Below are positions 28,624 through 41,500 of a DNA stretch of 64,000 nt, in pieces. The position numbers were made by a program, and so were the translations under genes. This stretch comes from Mytilus trossulus. Taxonomy: Eukaryota. The notes under the pieces are model-generated. The model had not been told where the DNA came from and made no database searches. It worked only from the letters and a program-made list of their open reading frames with translations. How positions within the stretch are numbered: position 1 is the stretch's first letter; each line of letters begins with the position of its first letter. The stretch is from assembly GCF_036588685.1 (NCBI RefSeq), contig NC_086380.1, positions 64,790,001 to 64,854,000 on the forward strand. Direction: 5' to 3'.

Positions 28624-29036
28624 CGAGCATCACTGAAGAGACATGAACTTTCGAAATGCGTATCTGGTGCAGGAAAATTGGTACCGTTAATGTTATTACT
28701 ACCACTAGGTCGATGACTATGCTGGTGGACTGTTAGTCACCGAGGGTATCACCAGCCTAGAAGACAGTACTTCGTCATTGGCATAAAAATACGGATTAGT
28801 TGTGTAATTTAAATTTGCTGTCAGAAATAATTATAAATTAAGGAATGTATCTTCCTCATTCAAAGCTCTGATTCCTTTCACGGATTTGGTTATACTTTTT
28901 GGACCTTTTGGATTATAGCTTTTCATCTTTTATATAAGCTTTGGATTTTTTAAATATTTTGGCCACGAGCATCACCGAAGAGACATGTATTGTCGAAATG
29001 CGCATTTGATGCAGGAAATTGGTACCGTTAGTGTTA
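28624..29036. repeat. Repeat with ~70-bp direct terminal repeats (~340-bp period)
   Basis: CGAGCATCAC.GAAGAGACATG...TCGAAATGCG...GCAGGAAA.TTGGTACCGTTA.TGTTATTA at 28624 and 28966. Confidence 0.7.
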
Positions 29037-29402
29037 TTAAGGGGGTACAGAACACCTAAGACTCATAGTCTGATTCATTGCTACGTTTTAAAATTATGTG
29101 CAATATGCAAGCTTTTAAAAGATCATGATCAGAATGTTTACATTATTGCTAAGACCAGCTGTACACCCTTTGTTATTCATTTAATCTTTAAAAATCATTT
29201 AAAGTTAATCATTTTCAATAAATGAACCGTCAATGAGACATAATAGGGAAATTTCAAAGTGAAAAAAAATTACCAAAAGAAAACAAGGACGTTTGAAAAG
29301 GAGGGAAACAGAAAGGGAAGGGACCATAACTGTTTTCGTTTTTTACTTGGCAATGTCTACATGTAGGTCTTAAATAAAATGAAATAAAGTGCAAAATGTC
29401 TA

Positions 29403-29847
29403 AGAATGCTACCATTTGATATTAGGGGGAGGGGAGGGCTAGGACTTATAAAACTTTGTCCTGCATTTTTTTTTATAGTTGAACTCATTATATTGTCCTG
29501 CATTTTTTATTTTTCATTCTTTGCGGACCTGTAATTTTCATTTCCTGTTATGCTAAATTACTGATCCTGCCTTTGTTTGTTCCAAAGCCTGTCTTGCCTT
29601 TTTCTAATTTCATCCAAGCCCCCTCCTCAAATGAGGGTGGATATGACCTTTATCGGGACTCCGGGATCGAGTGTTTCTAATGTTAAGATTTAGGGATTGA
29701 CCCTTTAGAGATTTGAAATTTTACTTTCGGATATCGGGATGTCGGGATTTAAATTTATCTAAATTCGGGACCTTGGGATTTCATGTTTTTAAGCCGGGAT
29801 TTCGGGATCAGGGTCCCTCCTACCCTCCTCTCAAATGGTAGCTCCCT
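29403..29847. mobile_element. Degenerate MITE with GCTACCATTTGA TIR core
   Basis: GCTACCATTTGA (29408-19) and TCAAATGGTAGC (29831-42). Internal GTCCTGC repeats. Confidence 0.55.
29633..29830. mobile_element. 198-bp GAGG...CCTC element rich in CGGGAT motifs, 6-bp flanking direct repeat
   Basis: TCAAAT at 29627-32 and 29831-36. Many (T)CGGGA(T) motifs inside. Inserted in the right TIR of another MITE. Confidence 0.6.
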
Positions 29848-30324
29848 CCGACAACAAAAATTTTAACCAAATAAATAAGAATCCCTGGACAATTTCACAA
29901 TGCTTATGTTCGTAGATCTTCTTATCAACTTGATTAAATCAAAACTGAATTGACTTCTCATACTTTTTTTTGTTAAACAAAACTAGTATTTTTAAATAAA
30001 ATACACTATGACCTTAGTAATACATGTAGTACAGTAATATAAAAAAGATTACGAATACTTCATGATTTCATAATTGCTGTCATATTATTTAAAGTGCAAT
30101 TGAATATTTTATTGAATGATGTATATTCATGTAAAAAGTTTGAAGATACCCAGAGGGATACACAACCACCAGTGCATCATTAAAATGTCACGGAACAAGG
30201 CAAAAAGAAGAAAAAAACATCTCATTCAGTCCAAAAAACACTACACATATTTTTGCTTTCTTAATTCATCTAAAAAAACTTTATCTTTCTAGTATCTTTT
30301 TCCAACCTTTATCTTGACATGAGT

Positions 30325-30431
30325 TAGTCCAAATAATTATGACGTCTTGAAAGGCTATTATAATTTTCGAAGTAAGGCGTCAAAGAAAAAAAATATAATA
30401 GCCTTTCAAGACGTCATAATTATTTGGACTA
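30325..30431. mobile_element. 107-bp MITE, TAG...CTA termini, 9-bp TSD (AcademH-like; Mutator-like alternative)
   Basis: Perfect 38-bp TIRs TAGTCCAAATAATTATGACGTCTTGAAAGGCTATTATA. GACATGAGT duplicated at 30316-24 and 30432-40. Confidence 0.85.
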
Positions 30432-33400
30432 GACATGAGTAGAAAATTAACGGGTGTCTTCTATTCCGTCCGCAATTTTAGGGAAAGTAAAGTCTATATT
30501 TAGAATCATAGTGAAACTGAAACTACACATGTATGATATAAATAGAACATGTTATTTTCGCTTTATCGAACTTCAATTTTGAAGGGATAGCAAAATTTGC
30601 TATTTTCTTTTGTTGTTCCATTGTCATGTTTGTGTATCTTTCCGATATTTTTTTTTATCAAATGCAATCTTGAAATAAATATAAAAAAGAAAGTGTGATG
30701 TTATTGCAAGTGACAAGTGAAAATGTTTATTTTCAAGTCTCAATTCAAGATTATTACCGAATAGAGTAGTCATTCTTTATCATAATAAGGGGCCCAAAAG
30801 TAATGTGAAACTTGTAACTGCCGTGCTTTTAACTAAAAATCAGTTGTATCTAATTGTCATATTTATAAACCTCTGCAGAAATACTAAAAAATGGTCTATG
30901 TTTAACGAACTTGATTTAACAGTATAAGGATTTTGCACAGTCAGCTCTGTTTCATCTCTCATAAGCCGTAATTCTTTGCACCAATGGTTTTGACGTTATG
31001 TTTTGAATCGTATATTTTTGAATCTGGCCAAACGACCAATAAATTGAAATCTTGATCATGTAAAGCATCTGCCAACTTTAAAGCTTTTGCCTAATAAGTA
31101 TGTATCATGTGTACTTTTGGTGTGTCATGCTATTAATTTCAACAGCTCGTATCTCAAATCAAAAATCAATTACATCCTTTTGTTCCCCTTGCAACTGATT
31201 GTTGGTTTGGGGGGGTGATTTTTGTTACCCCTGTCCGTCTGTCCCTTTATTGGTATATATATAGTTATTTGGCATAACTCCTCCTATTGTTTGATTCCTA
31301 GAAAGTTTTCACTTCGCTGTCTGTTGAGTATTTAAGAACGTACACTGCGCTTCAATAGAAACGATTCCCTTTTCAAACAATTCTATGTCCATTATGTATT
31401 CCGTGTGCATTGAATGGCTTGAAATGTCACAAAATGTGTCTATATTGTTGTATGGTCGATTAAAGCTTTTGTTATATGATTTTTTTTAAATATATATGAA
31501 TTCATAACTTCATGAAAGTCATGGCCTGTACAAGTGTTTCTTACCAAAAAAAAACACATATTTCGTTCTTGAGGTCAAAGTTCAAGGTCAAATGAAGGTC
31601 AAAATTTTAAGAAGGCACACCACCTCATGGTGATACATCCACATGCCAAAGATGTAAGGCCTAGGTCAAAAGGCAAAGAAGTTATGGCCTACATGGTTGT
31701 GTTTTTCACGGAAAAACACCTATAAATTTGACCTTGAGGTCACATTTGAAGGTCACACAAAGGTCATCATGATACAAGACACTTAACCCTGTGATGATAC
31801 ATCCACATGCCAAATAGCTAAGGCCTAGTTCAAAAGACAAACAAAATTATGGCCATTATGTACTTTTTGAATAGATTTTGCTCTTATTTAATGAACCAAT
31901 TTGAGGGTGGGGCCTAATTTAAACTTAAATTCCAAAAATTTTAACGGTTAAATTTTAAAAAAAATTTGCAAGAACAACCGACGTGTATAGCACTCCAAAT
32001 GCTTAGTTTTATGAAAAAATTAAACGACACATTTTTTTTCAAAAAAAAAATTCTTCTTCAAATACTAGAAGCACAGCCTTCACTTTTCGGGGCTACTTCT
32101 GATTCCCCCTATTAAAGTTCTGACAATTTTTTTTAACCGGAATAAAAAACTTACAAGAATTGGGTATCAGTGAACTAATATTCTCCTCAGCTATCATTAT
32201 TAGCTATGCTATTGTCAATTTAGGATTAAATTAATTTTTTTTTTACAAATTCAACCCTATACCCATATTTCAGAAACTTCCAATTTTGGCCGATACTAGT
32301 ATGTAAAAGATGCCATATTTGAATTGCCAAATCTTTTAAACCTATGGTTCAAATCTTTTAAAGTTTTTACAAGATGTTAAGGTTGGCCTAGTTTATCAAT
32401 GAAAAAAAATTAAGAAAAATTAAACGACAGGAATTTTTTGGGGTATAGTGTTGGGTACCCCCTTAATATTAATCTTATGTGTGAACAATACTTGACCCTT
32501 AAGTAGCCACACTGCTATTTTTCCCGGAATACATAATTAAATTTTCATTATGATATAAACTTTCATAAATTTGTTTATCTTTAACTTAACTTAACTTGTA
32601 CTGACTAATAAATTATATAACAGTCTTTTTGAAATTGAGGAACTCAATTTCCATTCTTAATAACTGCATATTGATACTAATAATCAATTATCATTACCGA
32701 ACTGAACAAAGAAATAACACGAGAGGTGTCGTATACGGTGCAGGAAATACTTACCATTCCGGAGCACCTGATTTCACTCAAAGATTTTAGTGGAGTTCGT
32801 GTTGTTTCTTAATTATTATTTTTAATTGTTGATTTAAATGTCCTATGTTTTGTGAGTCTTTGTTTACTCCTTGGTTTTGATTGTTATTGTCTTAGATATC
32901 AAGTCAACGACATGGGTATCTATCAAGTTGGATGAAGGAAATGCATAACATATAATATTTGTCAATTTGATGACTGATAAATATAGGATTTTTGCATGCA
33001 GTGCTAGCATTGCTTTCCTTAAAACAAGTTTATGAAGGTATTTTTTGGTTAAAACAAATAAAAATATGGACCAAATCAAGTACGCCGATTAGGGTGCGCT
33101 CGACTTTAGTGACTGTGCATTAGGTATTTTGGAATTTACGGGTTGGTTAGATCTTTTTGTAAAACATAAACACAAGCACATCATTTATAGGCAAGTGAGT
33201 AATCTATGTTTCAAATTTTATAACAAAAATCTCTGTATTAAAGGTAGGGGATTTTCTATAAAAATCTTGGTTTATTTCTTTTTCTTTTATGAAAATGCAA
33301 TGATACAGTAAATAATAATGCTTTGCATCAAGTTTCCCCCTAGTATATGTACAAAATGGCCTGTCTCAATTATTCATTATATCTGTAGTTTTCAAACAAT

Positions 33401-36400
33401 TGATGTTTGAAAAATTCGGACAAAAATAACTACAGAATACATGTAGTTCATAAACCTTAATTGATTTTGAAATTTTGGAAAATTCCAACTGACGACCGAT
33501 AATAATATCAGGAATAGTTAGATGAATAGTTTACATATAGTTTGTCCAAAAGTCTTGTCAAAACTTCTTATATAATTTAGAAAATCAATAATCTATACCA
33601 CATATTTATATATTAAACAAAAACAAAATAAAGCACAGTTTTACGTCACAATATTTGCATGAATATTTATTGGCTGTTCAACTTCTTTTTTACTGTCTGT
33701 TTTTTGCGCATAGAACTTATTATTATCAGAAAAAATTTGTTTGCTGTTGTGAACTAAATCGTTGTTAATTAAAATAATTTCAGAAAATATACACTCGTCT
33801 TGTTTTCATTAGCCATTTATCTTCTCAATGTGATATTAGAAATTTATAAAAAAAAAAAAGAAAAAAAAGATTATTCTAATAGATTTGAAAAAGTCACCAA
33901 AGTTTGATCAAATTGAGTTACTGTCCTATTTATATTTGCAACGGACGGAGGAACAATTGTATACAATTTAACGGTCCGTAAATGGGAGTATAGAAACTGT
34001 CATATATATTACAGACTTATGAATTGCATGAAAAATGATGTTAATTAGATTTATGATTTGATTCAGAATTTTCAAATTCTAGGGCAAATATGTTTCTCAT
34101 AAATTGTTATTGTTGATTCTTTAGAAATATTTCCCTGTGTTTGATTGAGATAATGTATATATAGGTTTGTTTATTTACGTTTTTAAATTAAGTTAAGTCT
34201 TCCAATTGATGTTTTACGTGTGTTTTTCTATGTTGTTATGGTATGCTATAGTTTCAGAATAAGGTAGAAGGTGTGTATACGTGTTTCTCGTTTCTCGTTT
34301 TTTTTTATAGAATAGGCCTTTGGTTTTCGCTTTTGAATGGTTTTACACTAGTGATGTTGGGGTCCTTTGAAATTTGTTATTCGGTGTGAGCAAATGCTCC
34401 GTGCTGAAGGCCGTACATTGACCTATATTAGTTTACTTTTATAAATTGTTTTTTTGGATGGAGAGTTGTCTCATTGGCACTCACCCCACATCTTTCTATA
34501 CCTATTTATAGGTATTGAAATATACAGAGCTATAATACAGATTTAAAACGCTAACTTTGCCCGAAATGTGTTCATTTGAACGTGAAAATTTGTGTGTGTT
34601 CATTACAAATCTTCGATAGCCTTGTTTTAAATTTCATTAGTTCTTTTTAAAATTTTTGATTTCGCGCTAGACAATGTTGTGATTATTCTAAACAATTCTT
34701 AAAGAACGTTTATTAATCTCTTTATATAATTTGTTTTTTGTGAAGTTGAATTGCCTTATCGGTTTGTGTTGTAATTATTTCGATAATATATTTTTTCAAG
34801 ATGACTTTATTCTCAGTGTTACATATGGGGATAGAAAAAATGACTCTGTAGACCGTTTTGAAGACATTCAATCAAAACCTCCAAACTTAATATATATACA
34901 AACTATGTTAATACATATTAATGAAAAGTAATCAAATTACTATTAATGCGTTTTCAACTGATCGGGAATCGTTTTAATCTGCATAAGGATACTTTATTCG
35001 AAGAAGTGTGTGATAAGATGATTGCTGTTATATTTATTATTACTGATTTATAAAAACATAGTGTACATATTAGTGTACAATATGGGACGAATGAAACAAT
35101 TTAAAAGATTCATAGCATTTATATGTGATAAAGCATATATTATGTACTGAGCAGATTGTTTTGAGATTTCTGTTTGAAACCTTTCCAATTGTGAGATTAA
35201 TTTTAAACGTCGATTTGTAAAATCGTACATAAAAAATAAAATATTACAACCCTATTTTTCCTTCCTTTTTGCAACTTATCCCCGTGACTAGCCCCCACCC
35301 CGACCCCGTCAATACCCACCCCTAAAAAAGGGGGAAAATGCATAACATATGCATATGTTTCAATTTCAGTCGTCATAACCTTACTTTCAAAAACAAAAAT
35401 TCCGAATGAGACAATGTTAACATGATAATAAACTCCGCTTTACAATACTATATCTCATTATTTGTTTAGCGAATACACATGTTTCGTTTAAATATTTTAA
35501 CCGGACGAATGACTTTAACTTGACACTTCATTGTTGAGTTTATCCAAAAATACCTATCAACAGATGGACTGGTCTATAATGATCGATCTGGTTTAACTGT
35601 GCCTAGTCAGGTGAAATATAAAGAACAAATTGAAGGAACCTTATATACAACTATGCTACAAAAAGGAATAATATAACGGCATAAGAACCATATGCTAACT
35701 ACAGATGTATAGCGTTTATAAGTATGCTGAGTCCGGTTCTCCACATGAAGTCATAGCTACCAGAACTTGAAAAGGATATTTTATGAGACGGACTTTGTTG
35801 GATTTGTTCTGGTAAAGTTGAAAATTAAAATCAATCAACTGTCCCGTTGTATTATTTATTCATTATAAAATATAAAAGTAAAGTAAAACAAATTATACAA
35901 TGAATAAACATATCTAATACTTTTTATAAAAAAGGAACAGAAAACTATCGATTGCCATTTGTAGTCTTCATCATTTACAATCAACAAGTTAAACAATTAA
36001 TACAATACATCATTTTAAAATGATTACATTAGGTGTGTGCAAATGAAGTTACAAAAAGAAGCATCAATTCTTAAAAACAAATATAAAACAATAACAATAA
36101 ATGGAAAAGTTATCGACTAAACATCAATCGCTAAAAATGAATTACTGCAAATATGTATGGCAAACAAGAATTCAGAAAAAGCACTACCAGCTAGCATCTT
36201 AAAAGTAGAGGACGGAAATTAGATTAACAAAAAAACATATACATGTGTATCAACATCTGCTCTACTAGTAAATGTAGTCAACTTTGAAGCTTTCATTTTG
36301 ATCTTAAAACGATCTAAATAAAAGTCTAAACATTAAATAATTCAGTCTGGTCCTGAGTTCCCCGCTTTTGTAATTTTAGTAAAGTACGGACCAAAAAGTA

Positions 36401-37726
36401 CATAATATGATTATTGAAATAGTATCGATCGTACATCTTATCTGATTTTAGACAATTACATCATAAGGATTGCATAAAACTCTGTGAAACATTCAAAATA
36501 AATTCATATGCATACATTTCAAAATATATAAAGTAAAATTCAGGAAACAATAAAACAGTTCATCTTCAAGAATTTTATAAAAGCAGTATATTGATAACTT
36601 TGACATTTAGTGCTATTGTTTAGGGGGACAACTAATTTAACATTGTATAGTTACTATATCAGTCCTTTTCGTGTATAAAGTCCAACTTTTGTATATGCTC
36701 AAGGGGTTAACGAAGGATACATGTTTTACGTAACAAAGGGTTGGACGTTGCACAATCCTCCTCCTTACTAACCCGGGCTTTATTATTACTTTACAAATTA
36801 GTTTATTTGTAAGGTAGGGCGTGAACAATTACTTTTATTGAATATTGTGATAGAAATTTACTTTCTTCGAATAAGTGTTAAAAATTCTGTTGAATATTTC
36901 TTTACATATTGAGTACAAGTTTAAGTTTAACAATATATTACTCAAATATTTGTTTAAATCCACAAATTACAGGGTTTACAGTTTTGATTGCAACTGTGAA
37001 AAGGTTATATTTGAAAGGTAACAAGATCAAAATTTGGTATTTGCACCAAACGCCCGTTGAGTCTACAAAAAACTCATCAGTGTCCCGTAAATCGAGGGGC
37101 ATTAATTACTCTTTTAAAAATATTTAAGCGGTACTGATTTTCGAAATTGTTCGAGTCATTGCTGATATAAACCTATGATAATAATTTGATAAAAATCTTA
37201 CAAATATTGTGCATGCGAGAGGGCTTTTAATGAAATGTTTCCAAGGGGAATAACTCTTTATAAAATTCTAAGATTATTGAACTTTTCCGAGATTTTGTTG
37301 ATTTAAACCTACTTGTGAATTTAAATTGACAATCTGAGACGAAGTGTGCATATGAGACCGCTAACAATGTAATTACTTATATATTAAAAAATATATACAT
37401 TGTTGATCGGTACTGATCGTCGACATTTTCCACGACAATGATGATATTAGCCTAGTTTGATATGAGTTTTATAAAGATCTGTCAAACATTTTATATAAGA
37501 TAGAACGTTAACAAGGTTGGACAGACAAGCAGATAGACATATTGACTGACAACTAGTATGTACATTACTCCAGCAAAGCATCTCGATTAACAATCGTTTA
37601 CATATTACATTCCATAGTTTTGAATTATAATATGTATTTTTTGTTGATTTGTACTAGATTCAGTAAAAAATCGTATAAAATTTTTTACGACTTATTAGGT
37701 AAAACTAATATTACTATCATAATTAA

Positions 37727-37753
37727 GAGCCAATCCGCCAGAAAACCATGCAA
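37727..37753 (+). repeat. Left terminal inverted repeat of the Sola3-like element
   Basis: GAGCCAATCCGCCAGAAAACCATGCAA immediately after TTAA. Confidence 0.92.
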
Positions 37754-38503
37754 TATTCAGAAAATCGTCCAAATCGACAATCACAACTTGACAAATTTTT
37801 ATATACCATATCAATCCTTGACATAAAATAAAAAAAATTGGCCACTTAATTTTCGCCAGAATCGCATCTATTTTTAGTAACAGCCTCATTTGCATAATTA
37901 TGTAAATTCATTATAAAACCAATGAAAAATCCAACTTTTAATGCCTTTTAAGAACTACCCAAAAGCATATTAAATGGGGTAGTTGAGTTTTTAGAGTAAT
38001 GTCAGGTGGAACCCTTTCATTTTCCTATGTAATGGTCAATACAAATGAAAATTTAAACGATTTGGCACTTTGCCAGGAGCACGGACACAAAGGCGGGTTT
38101 TTTCATACCTGAATTTACATGGTTTTCATTTGCTTGTAACTTGCAAGACCTATTCCAGATATGTTTGCAACTTATATCAGTTTGAACTATGGGTATGATT
38201 TATTACAAAACAAAATATTAAGCTTGGCAAATGACTATTATATGTTTATTTTTACCTTGGAAGATTGGTAATTTTAGTCCCCTATTGACAAATTTTGATT
38301 TCATTTTAATTGAATTCTAAACACAATTGGAAATAAAATGACACATTTAATCATTTGGAAAAGTCAAATAAAGTAACTAAAACATGTAAATAAGAAGTGT
38401 TTGTACCGCAAGTGCAAAAGTCACTACATTGTCTGGAACTAGTGAGTCATCTTTTATGCTTTTCTGTGGACTTATCTCCCTTGGGTAAAGTCTCCACTCC
38501 AAA

Positions 38504-41500
38504 ATGTCAGCTTCCAGTGATGGTTTGACAGACGACATTTACAGTGAAGTTTGTGACTTTTCCTATCTTGGTGGAGGATGTGGGATATCCCATCACTATT
38601 CATCTTCACCCAATACACTCTTTAAAGTATATGAATGCACCAAACCTACTACTATTCACCTCAAACGTCTGAATAGTAGTGAAAGCTGTGATTTTCCAGA
38701 AGGGCTACTTATCCTGTATAGGACTGGTATTTTTACAATAGATGCAACAACAACTCAGCTTAGCATATGTCCTAAGCACAGGGACTTCTATGGTATCCAT
38801 TGGAAAAATAAGAGTGCCCGATGTCAACATCCAGACCACCCCTCTTCCAGCAAAGCCAAGGCTGACCGAGGATCTTCACCTTTGTTGTGCAAGCAGAACT
38901 GGCTGTATACCCGACAAATTATTCCCGTAGGAACAGGTAAAAATCTGACAGGCAATATTCATTTATTTTCTCATAGTCTGTAAGTCAATCTGAAATTAGG
39001 GGACCAATATTTTATACCTAGTTTAAAAAAAAGGGGGGGGGTGATGTTGATATTTTTTACACCTGTTTCTAAAACATCTTTTTTATTCATTTCCTATGGT
39101 TAGGAGTAAACAAATAATATCACTTTGAAATAATTTCATCTGTCTTGGTCAGTAAAGGCAGAAAGGGGACAACCTTTTGATTCCGAAAAAGGGAAGGGGA
39201 ATTAGAATAGTCAAAATATTTATCATGGTTATATATATCCACACCAGCTACATGTAAGCACAGAATACTCATTTTCAAGCTTAACAAGGTTACAACTAGT
39301 ACTGTAAACCATACAGCCTTCAACAATGAGCACATCCCATACAGCATAGTCAGCTATTACCTCATTTCAACATACATGTACTGTACTGTACTGATATCCT
39401 AGATATAGGAAGATGTGGTGTGAGTGCCAATGAAACAACTTCCAAACTACATCCAAATAACAATTTAAAAAAAGTAAACCATTATAGATCAATGTACGGC
39501 CTTCAACATGGAGCCTTGGCTCACACCGAACAACAAGCTATAAAGGACCCCAAAATTACTAGTGTAAAACCATTCAAACAGGAAAACCAATGGTCTAATC
39601 TATATATAAAAAAACAAGAAACGAGAAAATACCCTACATTTCCTGTTTTGTTGACTTTGCTTTGACTTATGTCTTATACATGTATATTTCATAAACAAGG
39701 AACACAGATTTTTTTTCTTTCATAGTTATACATATTTTGTTTGTAGGACTTTGCAAGCAATGCTCAATAAAGATGAAGAATTTTGTTAAAAGTGACAAGA
39801 CACAGGTCAAACTAAATATAGAAGAAGATGTTGGTAAGATATACTTTAAACTTTCTAATTTAACGGTTCGTTAGATATATATGATAACCATGATAACCAT
39901 ACAAGTAAATGAAATAACTTACATTAAATTACCTTATTACATGTACAAAAATGTATGTACATTGGATTCTAAGGAATAAATGTCATTAGCGCATACTTAC
40001 AATTTTCTTCCGATCAAATTGCTTGAATTTGTCTTTTTATTTTCATAGTACATACTTTTTCCGTGTACTAAGTAACTACGCATCAATGACCACAAGGGTA
40101 AGATTTCATTTTATTGTAATCAAGATATTGAAATAAAAATTGCTACTGACTATTTTGTAGAAAAAGTTGTGTTCCAAATTAAACTAGATAGTTTGTAATT
40201 AGTTTTCAAATTATTTTTTGAACAGGCTTCTATTTAATCTTTGGATTTAAAAATATTTTTGACGATTATAAAATTCTTTCATTTATATAAAGCGTAATAA
40301 ATATGGCACTTTATACCTTGATTAGAGAACAATGCCTTCTAAAATTGTAATCATTTATTTTCCTTGCAATTTCTGTGTACCCAAAAAAAGAGTGAACCAT
40401 GAAACCTTGTGAAAAGAAGTTAAAGCAATTTGATCTATTTTGTCATGAATTGATTGAATTTTGGTTACTTAATGACCAGTGACAGATATTTCATGCATTT
40501 AAACTAATATTTCATGCATGTAAACTATCAACTAAACCACCTATGGGCACATACCAGGGGCAGATCCATCTATTTTTAAAAGAGGTTCCATCCGAAGATA
40601 AAGGGGGAGGGGTCCAACTGTATGTCCCCATTCAAAAATATTGATAATGCCAAAATTACAAAGCCAATATTAAACCAAATTTAGGCTAAAACCTAATTTG
40701 TGGTACTTTAGTTGGCTGCTCCAATACATGCCCAAAATTTGAAAGGTTTTACTGCCTCCTGGAAATATATATAAAGTATCATATTTTATTCCCCAGCCAA
40801 TGAGAAATTTTAAATGGCTACTTATAGACTTATATTAGGAAAAATAGGGATGAATATTTTCACACTTTAGTGTAAATTTGAATTTTTCAGAATTGTTTGA
40901 GAGATTGTGTGGGAGCATTTCAAGTATCCATGAAGATAAGGAAGATACAGATTTAGGTAATTTTTTTAAGTTGAAAGGGTGTTTTCTAAAAATGACTTCT
41001 ACATGTTAAACTGAACTAAGTGCAGAGGTAGATTTTAGGGGGGGGGGGGCAGGCCCCTGGTCCCCCCTTTTGAGAAAAAATTTGGTTGATTATATAGGGA
41101 ATCACTGAAGCATGAAAGAAGTGGGCCCCATCTTAGGCAGCCAGTGGGCCCCCACTTATGAAAATTTCTTCATCCGCCGCTGTAGTGTTAAAAGGACAGT
41201 AACTATCTTTTCAAAATGACTGTCACTGCTTCCAAGTCACTACTAACACTAAATGATGATGGCATGACAGATTTCTTCACTCTTTTTATCACATTTCTCT
41301 CAATTAACAAATTGAACAGTAATGTATGCAGTATTACAAGCACAAACAATCAAAAAGTTTAAGAACAAGAGGAATCCTGAAACAAAGTCACACACACATA
41401 ATGACAACTCAAAAAAAGAAATACTGATGACTCAAAATAAAGATAAATAAGACATTTAAGAAAGGCAGGCTTATGAAACAGTTATTGATTTTTTTTAAGC

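Larger units (their letters stand above)
29041..32462. mobile_element. Non-autonomous TTAA-flanked element, Kolobok-like
   Basis: TTAA 29037-40 and 32463-66. Ends GGGGGTACAGAACAC vs reverse complement GGGGGTACCCAACAC (13/15). No coding capacity seen. Carries nested MITEs. Confidence 0.62.
28414..33653. repeat. Long inverted repeat pair (~200-bp arms) with TGT...ACA outer ends
   Basis: 28414-28570 is the reverse complement of 33497-33653 with scattered mismatches, and 28571-28623 is the reverse complement of ~32634-32690. Confidence 0.75.

Noticed and set aside
39420-39665. 81-aa ORF in transposase intron 1 as an accessory gene
   Set aside because: Lies wholly within an A2 interspersed repeat present several times in the window.
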